Source: Tubulanus polymorphus
Taxonomy: Eukaryota > Animalia > Nemertea
Direction: 5' to 3'
Assembly (NCBI RefSeq): GCF_964204645.1
Contig: NC_134028.1
Span: 19,413,653 to 19,477,652 of the forward strand
Length of the DNA stretch: 64,000 nt
Made by a program: the position numbers and the translations under genes
In this document: positions 44,399 to 57,205 of the stretch, one piece after another
Layout: every line of letters begins with the position of its first letter
How positions within the stretch are numbered: position 1 is the first letter of the stretch
The notes under the pieces: model-generated
Told to the model about the DNA's origin: nothing
Database searches by the model: none
The model's input: only the letters and a program-made list of their open reading frames with translations

Positions 44399-44987
44399 CA
44401 TAGAGTTTCGGCGATCATGCAAAAGATCAAACACTATAGCAATCTCTGATTGGGGAAAAACGACTTTCAACGACTCAATGCCATCCTCAAAGACTTTCCG
44501 ACACAGTAAGCCATCACTTAAACAAAACGAATCCGCAAAACGTTGCCACTTTCGATCCAAACGAGAACACGGATGATACCGCCCCGTTCTAGAAATCTGT
44601 CCAATAATTCTACTCGGATCGGAGTCTAACTCTTGCGCGGCGACCATAGTCCTCCGGCCAACTTCCAAAGCCTGGCAGGGATTAAAAGACGGAAGAGGAG
44701 ACGCAAAAACAGACTGACAAACGGCATGGACGGCATCAGAGGATACGCACTTACGACTCAAGGCATCAGCATCCACGTTGGATTTGCCGGAAATATACTC
44801 TAAAGTTAAATCGCAAATGGCTAAAGACTGTAACCAGCGATGGCTGGTCGCATCCAGTTTCGCCGTAGAAAGCACGTAAGTTAACGGATTCGAGTCCTTT
44901 TTGACAAAACATGCATTAACCATACAAGTAGTCAAAAAAGGCCTCAGACACTGACCACTTGAGAGCCAGAAATTCCAACTTGGGGAC
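44399..44987 (-). pseudogene. Gypsy pol fragment (RNase H end and linker)
   Basis: KLEFLALKWSVSE, NPLTYVLSTAKLDATSHRW, SGKSNVDADALSR. Confidence 0.85.
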
Positions 44988-46057
44988 CATTATGAGAATG
45001 CCGGTTTGCTAGCGTATCTATTTAACACCCGTATTGCTCGGGTTAGTTTTACTACTAACGGGTGGCGCTGTGTGTAAATTTCACATAAATCAACGACTTT
45101 CGGCTATTAGCGGTACTTAAGACCACTTGAAAACATCATAGTCAATTACGGTAGTAGTGAAAATAAAAAGTTACAGTTCGGTGTACAGCACCATAGCACC
45201 CATATAATACCACATACATTTTATTCAGACTAAGGACTTAGTTAACATGATCTTCATTTCCATTAATTAATGATCTGTTGAATTTATTAGTAATTCAGTC
45301 TTTCGGTGGTTCGAGATAAAATGCCCGCAAAATAAGAACTAACGAACCAGGGCTGACCACAAATTGCCCAACAGATAAATTTTCCGAAACGACACAATAA
45401 TGTTTAGTATCAAATAACTCGTGGCGTGGACCTTGGTCTATCAACTGACCAATGCATGACCAGTACTGGCTATATAGTAAATTATCTGTTTTGCAAACAA
45501 TTAAGTTATTTGGTGTCAAATAACTAGATATAAAGTGGACATTAAACTAAAAATTGTTTAACTGACCAATGCTTGACCAGTACTGACCAGTTACCACTAA
45601 CTAGAACCCACCATATGTAATTTATATGTTTAGTAAAGCAATAAAATCGTGTTTGGGCGTCGAGCTACTAGATACGGTGCGGGCTATGATCTAACAACTA
45701 TTTAACTGACCAATGTTTTACCAATACTGACCTTAAAGTAATTTGTTTATTCTAGAAGCAACACAGTCGTGTTTGTTGTCAAATAATTAGAAATGGTGTG
45801 GGCTTTCATCTAACAACTATTCAAGTGACCAAATCTTGACCAATACTGACCACATAGCTATATTTATCTGTTTCGGACACAACTTAGTCGTGTCTCGTAT
45901 CAAATAATTTCATTCGGTCTGAACGTAAATATAATAACTCTTTTACCTGTACAAGCTACACCAGTACTGTCTAATTACCGGTTAAATGTTTTTAGAATTA
46001 ACACGGGGTATTGCCTGAATCCTTCCTCAGTACTACTCTTATTAAATGTGTCGTTTT

Positions 46058-46166
46058 AATATCATATCATATCATATCATATCATATCATATCATATCAT
46101 ATCATATCATATCATATCATATCATATCATATCATATCATATCATATCATATCATATCATATCATA
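46058..46166. repeat. (ATATC)n microsatellite, ~21 units
   Basis: Perfect pentanucleotide run. Confidence 0.97.
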
Positions 46167-47964
46167 TATATGAATAATGAATAGATGGAAGATAATGTAG
46201 TAGTTTTGAATGTTTCGTAACTGCTGTCCACTGACCGCAGATCATCAAAGTTAATCGCCTCATATGAAATATATATTCGTTATAAGGGATGTAGTAGTTC
46301 AGTGAGAATTCAAACTTATGGGTAATTTTAAGTGATCACAACGCTGACCAATAGAGAAAGCTGTATCACAACAAAAGTGCGACTTACGTATCTTATTGAA
46401 ACATTGTAAAATACCGGAGAGTAAATGGGAGAACCCTGAATTCGAAACAATTCCACACTCGGATCGTTTACTTTGAAAACACAATTTGCAATTTGTGGAC
46501 ATCCATTATTTCTGCACCAAAAGCATGAAGTATATTATCTTTGCTCGTAAAAATTTGAAATTTTGAGGAAGATTTTTGGCCTCGTTAACCTGTGAACACG
46601 TCCTTCATATATTTTCTAAGACCGATCTTGATATAATGCTGAGAGTTTAGAGAAAATTATGGTAGGATGTAAACTTAGGCCGCTTCGTATCCGTGGAAGG
46701 TTGCTAATTATTGATCTTATACACAATAATCATACCATGAGATTCGATAGAATATCGTTTTTCAATCATACGTACACGAATTATCGCGATATACAGATAA
46801 ATAGTACTCTAATATACTTTTTACTTCTTATACTGAATATTTCTTTAGAAGTATTAATAAAGAGTGGATCAGCAGGCTACCTGAGCCCATTCCAAGATTT
46901 GAGGTCAGTTGCCAAAAGTTAGTAAGTTTACATACCAGTGGATAGTTAACATTTAAAATGACAATTAAAACTTCATTGCTAAAAATAACTTTGTATTCGT
47001 AGAATAGTCACACTCAAATGCGGAGAATTGATAATACCATAATACGATACGAAAATTCACTGTGTACAAATTCAAAAAGATGATCTCTAGTGAACGATCG
47101 AACGTTGTGTCGTTATTTTCTAATGATAAAACTTGGTTTGAGATTTGAAATGTGTACATATTGGATCTTTTTCATATCAACAGTGTATTTGGTCATGTAT
47201 CATATTGTATAATGGTTAATTTAAACTAACTGGTTTTAGAGTTGTATCCTTAAATCCTGTAATAGAGGATGCAATCTTTTTGCGGCAAACAGTACAAATA
47301 GCTAGAAAAAGCAACGATAGTGCATTGGTAAACTTCAAGCAAGCGTACATTGGTTGTTTAGGTTTTTCGTTGGGAAAATTAATGTTTAATCATTATTGAA
47401 ATATCCGAGGCGAGCTTTTCCAGGAATTTACAAAGTTGAGCTTTACACAAGGAATTTTTTTGTAGTCCGATATCCGTGATTAACTCTGGCTTGGAGAGAT
47501 ACAATCTTAAAGCAACCGTCGAGTCAAATATTTCACCACAATTTTCTATGATTAGTAAAAAGATTAAGTAATAGCGTGGCTTGAATTATTACGATAACTA
47601 AAATCAGGGACCACGATACTTGCTCATCTACACTGGCTTCCAATTTAACAAAGGATTGAATTTGAGTGTTTGATGTTGTAACAATAGGCCTACCATACTG
47701 AATTACGGATTCACTTTCTACTTTTTGATTGAACATTTATATCACATATTGGGTCATTTAATTTTTACCAGTATAGGCCTAATTGGAAGAACCTATCCGC
47801 ATATCATGTTTAATTTTATATAATCTGACTTTTGAGATGTCATTCAATCAATGCATTCATATGCGGTCGTCGCTTTCAAAAGCCACCACGGACTGACTCC
47901 TTAGCGATACCTTGGCGGACGATCCCACACGTTTCTTGCTCCAGCCCTAGAATGCTCAATTATA

Positions 47965-48371
47965 AGGCGCTTTTACGAAATTGAATCTGATTCGGTTTAG
48001 CTAAATCCGATTCGATGTTGGAAAACGTAAGGATTAGTAAATCGAATCGTTTTTCGTAAATGAGTCGAATCAATTTATCAATCTAAAGGTCGCGATTCGA
48101 AAGAAAATGGGCGTCAATGGTGACCGAATTATTGATAGATGATGGTCTGCAATAGATGTCTTTAGCCCGCGGTCGAAGAGGACGCCATGTTGGATTTCAC
48201 TGACTAAATCGCCACTAACTTGCTCGCCGAGCAAGTTAGTCGATTTAATAAATCAATTTACTAAACCGCGTCCATAAACGAGTTGATTTATCATATCGGA
48301 TTCACTAAACCGCGTGCCGTAAACGTGAAACTTAAATCGATTTACAAAGATTCAGTTTCGTAAAAGCGCCT
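47965..48371. mobile_element. MITE
   Basis: TIR AGGCGCTTTTACGAAAYTGAATCT; ATA on both flanks. Confidence 0.7.
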
Positions 48372-50129
48372 ATAGTCGTCATGAACACCCGATTTGAATT
48401 CAAATTCAAAAGACTCCTAAAAACGCACCTGTTTACTCGATTACTGTAAAGCGCCTTTGAGCATTTATATGCAAGAATCAGTGAAATTGGCGCTTTATGA
48501 GTTGTATTCATCATTCAAACCATTATTCTCCTTATCCTATGAATTTGGAGACCCATCCTCGCATGAGAATGAATATAATGTGATTTCAATTAAAGATGAC
48601 ACATGGCCTCATATCATTACGTTATGTTTTTAACGGGTGGGCGAGATTATATTCTTATGTTTTTGTTTCTCTGAATGTCGCTATTTAAGAGTTCAATAAT
48701 AATTTCAGTCAACCAAACAAAGGATTTTTCTGTATGTTTCATGTCCTGTTTTTCCATAACCCTAGGACTGCATTTTAGGTATTTTTTGTGGATGACCGAA
48801 CGCTGCTGTCCCTTCCTAGTAATTTGATGATATCTGTCGAAATCTAAATTTTAAAAAGGAATCAGGCATATCTCCTTGTTTGACTAAGTAAGAACTCAAC
48901 TTTAAGGGACACTCCCTTAAAGGCGCCGAAGTAAAATCATGTGTCGAGTGGAGATGATATTGTGTCAGAATTTCTTCAAAAGCAGAGAAAATTGAATATT
49001 TTGAAAATAATGATTTCACATGTATGCTTGAATCCGCTATAACTGGAGCAATTTTCATAAAAACATATCTATGGAATCAACGAAATGTAATTAAGAAGAA
49101 TACTATGTTTAAGATGTTATCAAAGGCATTTGAAAAAAGTTTTCTGATTTCGTCAACTGTGAAACTAGTGTCAACCAGATGTGTTCCCATGAAACGAACC
49201 GACTGCGAGCCGAGTCGATGTGAGATGTGACCTACACTGAAAATCTCAAGCGCTACCACTGGTTTTTAGGTGCTTCTGAATGTCGGCCGTTAAAAAACTA
49301 AACAATTGCCATTTGGAAAGGGCCTAGTTAGAGAAAATGCTAGATGTGTATATTGTGTGATATTTCATGTGCGTTTGGAATTTAACCTTGTTTATAACGA
49401 AACACACATGTTCTTTTCTATTTTAGAAGAGCGCATGATAGTGCAATAAAGAACTGACAATGAAAAAGGGGTAACAGGTGACTGATATCACACCGAATTT
49501 CAATTCCTATGAACACTTTTCATATAGTGAATTCTGTACAAGAGTTAAAAAAAACTTGAAATATTAACGAAATAGTTTTTTGACGGACAAATCGTTACCA
49601 TCGAATTTTCAAAACTTTTTTAATGCCTTGGTGACCACTGGTCTAGTACGCGGTTTTCTGAAACAAAAGTGGCCAAGTTTAAAGAACGACAAATGATTAC
49701 AAATATTAGGAGCCTAATGCGTTTAATGATTTAATTAATTGGCATCGCGCTGATTGGTTGAAACGGTTGTTAGTCATCTTGCCTGTGATTTAATTGTTTT
49801 TTTAAGCATCGATTAACCATAGATTTAATCTTATCATAACTTATTTGCAGGTGCTTCTCGCAAACATTTTCTATTCGTTTTCAAACGCAGTACTGTTCAG
49901 ATGATTCGCGTCAAGCTTTGAGTCAAGTAGTAAAAAAGTTTATGTATTAGCATTACTATGCAGTCAAAATTACGCACTGCGGCAAGTGAGGTGCTGTGAT
50001 CCAGATGTGTAACCTATTTAGGAGTAATATATTTCCATCATGTCAACGCCATTCAGAAACAGTAGCAAAACATACTGCTGGTCTCTAGAAATAACAATAC
50101 GACGACAACCACTTTCGAATTCGACGATA

Positions 50130-50640
50130 TTCGAGAAGTTTCACTTGGGCAGTGGTGGTCAGTGATGGTCAATTTATAAATTCTAATGGGGAATGCTTTC
50201 TAGTTTCACACCAAATGCGGTACCGGTATATCTTTCTTACATTCGAGAAGTTTCAATTGGTCAGTGGTGGTCAGTGATGGTCAATTCATGAATTTTCAAT
50301 GGCGAATCCTTTCTAGTTTGACACCATAACGCGGTATATCGTTCTCATATTCGAGAAGTTTGAATTGGTCAGTGGTGGTCAGTGATGGTCAATTTATGAA
50401 TTCTCAATATTTATGGCGAATCCTTTCTAGTTTGACACCATAACGCGGTATATCGTTCTCATATTCGAGAAGTTTGAATTGGTCAGTGGTGGTCAGTGAT
50501 GGTCAATTTATGAATTCTCAATATTTATGGCGAATCCTTTCTAGTTTGACACCATAACGCGGTATATCGAACTCATATTCGAGAAGTTTGAATTGGTCAG
50601 TGGTGGTCAGTGATGGTCAATTTATGAATTTGCAATGATG
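50130..50640. repeat. ~115-bp tandem repeat, 4-5 units
   Basis: TTCGAGAAGTTTGAATTGGTCAGTGGTGGTCAGTGATGGTCAATT repeated five times. Confidence 0.9.
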
Positions 50641-51187
50641 ATACCTCGGTAGTTTGAAAACAAACATGACTTGATAAATTTCCGAAATTCGCAGTCAGGT
50701 GTTCAGACTCGGGAATATCTCAATTGGTCAGTTTCTGACCATCATGGTGTCACCATGTGGTCTATAGCTCAAATGAAACACGTGGGACCGACGAAAGGGC
50801 CCTAAAGCGTAAGTCATTTCCTGAGTGATGTGATCCAAAAATGCCCTAACTGGAAAAGGCAGTCTTTCAATTGGACGAAACCAAATCGGACAGAACAATT
50901 AAAATTTGGGAAGGCCACAGGCAGTGGTCTTTCTACGAAGCCCACGCGGTAGGCCTATACTTTGAGCGTATCATTATGAAATCTTTTTTTAAACCACCAT
51001 GTACCACATTAAGTAATAAGCATCGTTGTAAGCACTTGAAACACCCATTAACCACTTGAAACTGTCAGATCAAACATCGTACCGCATCCCCGAAAAGAGG
51101 GGTAGTTCAGCAAACCGGAGCTTTCATTTGCCTATCTAGACTACCCCGCCAGTACGGGTAGCCGAGCAAACCGGAAAACTCATAATG

Positions 51188-51856
51188 CGGATAATTTCTC
51201 TCCGATGGTTTAAGGCCGCGGCTAGCAAAAGCTATAGGTCGTAATTTTCCTTCCTGAGTTTGATAGAGGCAGGCCCCTAACCCACCCAGACTCGCATCGG
51301 TATGCAGTTCGAAAGGTAAGGAATAATCAACATCCGCCAAAACTGGCGGTTCAGATAATAACTCTTTCGATTGATCAAAAGCGGACTGCTCAACTCCACC
51401 CCATTCAATGGGTACAGAGCACTTGAACTTCCTCGTAGGGTTCCTCGGAGACCCCTTTAAAAGATCGTTTAGTGGCTTCGCCATTTTGCCGGCAAAACCC
51501 ATTATAAACCGCCGGTAGTAAGAAGCGAATCCCATGAAACTCTGAACTTCACTTACAGATTTGCGGGTTTTCCACGCTTTAATGGTTTTAGTCTTTTCAG
51601 GATCAGGCTCGATACCCGCCTCGGAAACTACGTGGCCAAGGTAAAGAACTTTATCCTGGAAGAACGAACATTTCGACGGTTTAAGTTTCAGGCCAGCATT
51701 TTTCAGCTTCTGGAAAACATTGTCTAACCGCACTATAGATGTTGTTCAATCGAGGTCGAAAATACGGATGATGTCATCGATATAAACGAGACACTCGTTC
51801 AACTAAAGATCACCGGGGCTACGCCCCATTAAGCGTTGGAATGTAGCCGGAGCTCC
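51188..51856 (-). pseudogene. Gypsy RT/RNase H fragment
   Basis: APATFQRLM, VYIDDI, LKPSKCSF, GFASYYRRFI, LHTDAS, IAFASRGL..SERNYP. Confidence 0.9.
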
Positions 51857-52176
51857 AGGGTCCGGGAGATTATCGTAGCGGACGAAACTGCACGTCGAAC
51901 ATGCAGAGCAAAGAAGGACCTGCGACAACAGATATGCTTGAATAAATAATCACGTTTAATTACTACAATTTAACTCCAGAGATGTCATCAGACCGATGAC
52001 CAGTCTCAAACTGGATCTGTTGCCGCCAAAAATCATAATACAAAACCGCACTGTAGATGGCAGCACCTAATAGCAAATCTCCCGGCCACATCAATCTTCA
52101 TTCGGAGCTATCCTTTATTGCTTTAGTCCGCGCTCCGCGTTGTTAGGTTTGACATTGCACACAGTAAACATACAAA

Positions 52177-55100
52177 ATGGCAGCCGATGAAATGTCATTT
52201 CATGGAACCTGGAAGGTAATTATTGAAACGTAGCGACAAATGTACTACTTAAATCAACAGTGAATCAATTAATTAAAGTGAATAATTAGTATATTCATAG
52301 AATCAGAAATGAATTCAATCATGACATGGAATCAAATAAGGTGTAAATAGCCTTTAATCACCTGACTGAGCAGTGCTGAGTCGTGAGTGAGGTAACGACA
52401 ACGTTGATTATATGGACGAGTCATTATTAGTCAAGCACCTGCTAACAACTCTAACAAAAAGTTTTTAGAGGGAACCGTAACAACGACTGGTATCCAGACT
52501 AAGGTCACGTCTGAATGAATGATAGACTCGACGACGACTATTAGTCTTAACTTAGTAGCTCACACATCTTCCCACGGCCACGACAGGGATTCGCTACACT
52601 AAGCCACATAGGAACCCCTGCCACAGTAGACCGAATGTTCAGGTACATGCGCAGCGTTGCCGCACGAAAACTTGTTGCACCAATCAGATTGCTCGGTGTG
52701 TGTAATCGCTTAGGTAAATTTCACGGAAGAACTATAGTCAGTAACCTGTCTGTGGTTTATTTTCACGATCGGATATTTTCACAAACCACAGTCAGGAATG
52801 GGAAGGTCATTTTTGTATGAGATCTTCGTCAGCCAATTTGACTGACGAGTAATTTGCCTGGCATTTCATTGTCTCTTAAGATATCCGTGAATAGAAAGTA
52901 TATTTTTGAAGTGTTACTTTTTTCAACCGTGTTTTGGCCCTTGTCATCCCTAACGTTGGTATAAGCTCATCCGATTATAAAAAGCTTACCACCAACGATT
53001 AGGTAACTAACTAGGAAGAACTATAGGCCTAAATGGTTAAACCCTGGCTAAAATGAAACGGATATCCGATTGGCTGATCATGTATCATGACATCATGTAA
53101 GCTGCACTCAGTTTAATGTGGCAGGGTTTCGTACCGTGGAAATCTCGATGCCACCCGGTTCAATTCCCTGCCGCCTAACCGGGGGAGGATGCCTCACAGC
53201 ACTCACTTGACACTCGTCTCATCTGTCACAGAAACTGATCAGCTCCTCTTTAGTTTCTGTCAGGTAGCCAGTACAGTAAAAAAGCCTGAGAGAGACGGAT
53301 GACCTCTCCCTGACCATTATCCCATTCCATTCCTGCGCTGCAGTCTCCCACACAGCAGACCAACATGACCAGGCGTCTCGCCAACTCTCACAGTCGCAGG
53401 CCCTCTTGCATTACCTGACACTGACCCTCTCCCAGGCAGTGAACCCACCTGACCAATTCCTTACTCTCAGACCCCCTGATCAACCGCTTCTATATGTAGA
53501 CCTGTTTTATTCTATGTATGTATGTATTTGATGTTATTTACAGATAGTCGAATGTGTTTCGTTAGCTGGAAATGTTGAACCTACAGGAATAGAAGGGTAA
53601 AAACTGACCGACCACTGCACTAATAAGACCCGCAGGGACTTGTCACAATTAATAGTGAATGAATAAAACCAGGATAAATGACCAACTCCATTATCCCTGC
53701 AGGCTATAATAAAAACTAAGTGTCTACACTGCCAGTACTGGTATCCCCTTCAAGCCTACCGTACTCAGAGTGCCGTTAAAACAAAATGACCTTTTTTTAC
53801 ACAAGAAAATTAGGGCTTAGTGTCTGAAGGATGAGAACAGGGTCCAGAGGGTGAGGGTTTAGTGTCTAGAGGGTGAGAATAGGGGGTTAGGGTTTGGATT
53901 TGGTTATGCATTATAGCCTATTAGGGTAAGGCTATAAGTAGTTTAAAATGTTTTAGATCCGTCAGTGGCCCTGATGGCACCCTGAGTCAGAGAGTACTGC
54001 GTAAGTACTTTCGTGTTTGCGTGTTTGAGTCCCAATTTTCGACCGGTGCCGGCACTGTAGAAATCACGATCTGAGTACCCATTACAAACTTTTAAAGACA
54101 GTGGCAACTATGCACGCGCGAGTTCTGATAGTTATCGCTGGCAAAATTAACTGCATTTCTGAAGCCGTAACATCTTACCGGTTATTACTAAAATATCATT
54201 AGTAAAATCAAAATTTTGTTGTATCATTTTGTTTAAAAAAATTGCGAATCAATGATATAAAATAAGTATGGGTAGTTTAAAAAAAATCATTTCCAATCCA
54301 AAAATTATCTTTTTTCGCCATTGATTGTCAATTTGTAATGTTAAAATCACCTGTTTCTCCGTATTCCGACGATGATTACATGGAAATAGAACTACCAATC
54401 AAAAAATTGTCATCAAACGGCAAAAATATAAGTCATATACTACAGAAAAACCAAAAAATATTGACTTGGTTTGGAAAAAAACATATCACTTTTTAGCTCC
54501 AAAAACACCATTTCGCGGATTCGATGAAAACCTGTCAAGGTTGGAAGAAATTGGAAATTCACTCCAAGACAGCAGATTCCGTTTGATGAATCTGATATGA
54601 ATGAAAACTTCAGAACATTTCAAACATTGTTTCTCGCTGGTTGTGATGGTCTATCTAAAATAAAAAAGTTTTACACAGGTGAACGTTTTTAAGTCACGTT
54701 TTTTCTAATAAGAAAAAAACAATCACTCCATTTTGAAAAATAATTGCTACGCTTCAAGGTCGGCAACAATTGAAAACAAATTAATGGCAGTCTGTGCAGC
54801 GGCCAGATATTAAACTATTATGACCGAAATAGTTGGTAATGCGGTACCGGCACTGTAGGCACGGTGTAATAAAAACAGCAGAAAGTCTTCTAATTTGTAT
54901 CAAAGCTCATTTCATGTGAATCGATTGAGAAGTTTTGGAATTACCGTTGAAGTTGAGAGGTCATTTTCAGATTGACGATTAGTTGCCACCTTGTTTTATC
55001 ATACAGGGATACTGGGGCTGCCGGATGGTCATAGATAGATATATTTATTTTGCACTGTAGTTACAAGTATAAACTTACAAAATTAATTAACATATGTAAT

Positions 55101-57174
55101 ATATTTTCAGTAATAAATTTCAAAATTACAGTGCTGGGATGCATCACGAGCCTAAGAGGCTGTACTCAAAAGAGGCAATGAACCCATGATATGAAAATAG
55201 GGAATTACAAATGGGAATGTGGTGAAATGAGATGAAATGATAATGAAAGTGAAATGAGCAGTATCAATTAGCCTAGTTGAAATTATAGTTACTTCAAGTT
55301 TTTCAGAAATTATTCGTATGATCGTTTTAATACCTTGATATTAACTGTTTTTTAATTAATTTAACAAAACTACCTATATTCTTTGCATTTCTAACAGAGG
55401 GGGAGGTGTTTTGCCAAAGAATTGGAGTCCTTGCTAGAAACGATTCGTTGAATAAAGCTGTTTTATGTTGAGTGGTTCTTGGGAAATTTCTTCCTCATGT
55501 ATTATAATTGTGAAGTAGTTGTGTTGGTTGAAAGAGTTGGAGAATGGGTCCAGGGAGAGATTTATGTGTAACATTATATGCAAGTTTGGCGAGTTCCTGA
55601 ATTTAACTGAATTAAGTCAACAAATTTTAGATTGTTATACTTTTTATATAAGATAGTGGTAGGTGCATTATATTTTGCATTGCCGATATAACGTAAAGCT
55701 CTGTTTTGCTATAAGCTAATTTGTGACTGTGATAGAAGTCATTTGTATATATAAGGAAAAGCAGTGGTCCAAGTACTGAGCCTTGTAGCACGCCATAAGT
55801 AATATTTTGTAGTTTTGACTTTGAGTTCCCATATTTTACGTAACATTTTCTGTCATTGATACTGGTTTTATTCATTCACTAACAATTGTGACAAGTCCCT
55901 GTGATAAGACCCGACCCTACTACTGTCTCAGTCAATTACTGTCAATTGATGATTTTTTAAACGATTATTTTTTTTTGTTTGTTATTTAGAACTGAATTTA
56001 TTCTCGATGAAAATGGAGATATAACATGGAAAATATCCCACAATGCTGAGTTCATGCCGTTTTTTAATTGTGAAACTTATGAAGTTTATTCGCCAACTTT
56101 AAGAATGTTTGGACATTTCTATTCGGTGATGAATGTCATTGAATTCAGGGTAAGTAGTCATCAATCCTCTGTCTGAACCTAGTTCCACAGTTCTCGGCCC
56201 TGTTCCTCACTTTCAGGATTTTAATTCTGACCTCCCTCTCCGCCGATGGCTAAGATTTTGTATCTTTATTTTGTAGGTTGAAATCTCTGATGATTTAATG
56301 TTATTAACCTATGAGAGATGTTGTATGTTACAATGCCAAAAGGTCCGTTCACAATTTCAACTGAAGAAACTAAATAAGACGCAAAGTTTTCCAAATGTTA
56401 AATCACTTTTATTTATGTTTAGGTTTTTACATGTGACTCTAAAGAGGAAACACCGTTTTCATTTCTACAAGCGAAGGACGAAGGCTATTTTTCTGATTTA
56501 GTCATTACAGCTGATACTGGAAAACAGGTATCTATCCAACTGTGTGCAAGGATGATTTTATACCCACAAATGTGGATTGTTAACGGTTTGAGTTTGTATT
56601 TTCCAGTTTAACGTACATAAAACAATATTGATGTTGAGCTTACCGAAGGTGGACTGGTGTAAAACGCCAACGCCCCTCACCGGGTTACCAGAGAATGTCT
56701 TGCACACTGTTATACATTATTTGTATGCCGAATGTTTACCTAAAAGTTTGACGGAAGAAACTGCGAAATGCTGCGTTAAGTCATTATCAAAATTATCAGG
56801 TTTTACGAAATTAACCGATTTGTGTGAAATATTCCTGAAAAACACGGCTGTTAAATTACGTAAGTTTCACTTCAAATTTACAGTAGTATCCTGCTTAATT
56901 TGGAACATTTGGGACCAACAAAATTCATCCAGTTTATGGGAAATCCCCATTAAAAGTTATTTTCTTGTATATTGAACAAATGGATTGCAAATGTTTTTGC
57001 AGATTAGATGAAAATCCGAATTAAGCCGATCCGGATTGTTTTGACTGTATCTCAATGGTCAGTTTGTGATTTGTGGTGAAGATATTTGATTTTTTACAGA
57101 AATCACGAGTCTAATGAATGAAATGCATTCATGCGTAGATAGAATCATTGATATGTTCAATGGAAAAGTTGGTG

Positions 57175-57205
<31 letters not shown>

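Larger units (their letters stand above)
44988..51187. mobile_element. 6.2-kb TIR element without recognisable transposase, inserted in Gypsy RNase H
   Basis: TIR CATTATGAG....CCGGTTTGCT at both ends; TGACCA-rich repeats at ~45440-45980 and TGGTCA-rich tandem repeats at ~50130-50640 face each other; flanks join as ERNYP / VPKLEFLALKW. No clear TSD. Confidence 0.7.
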
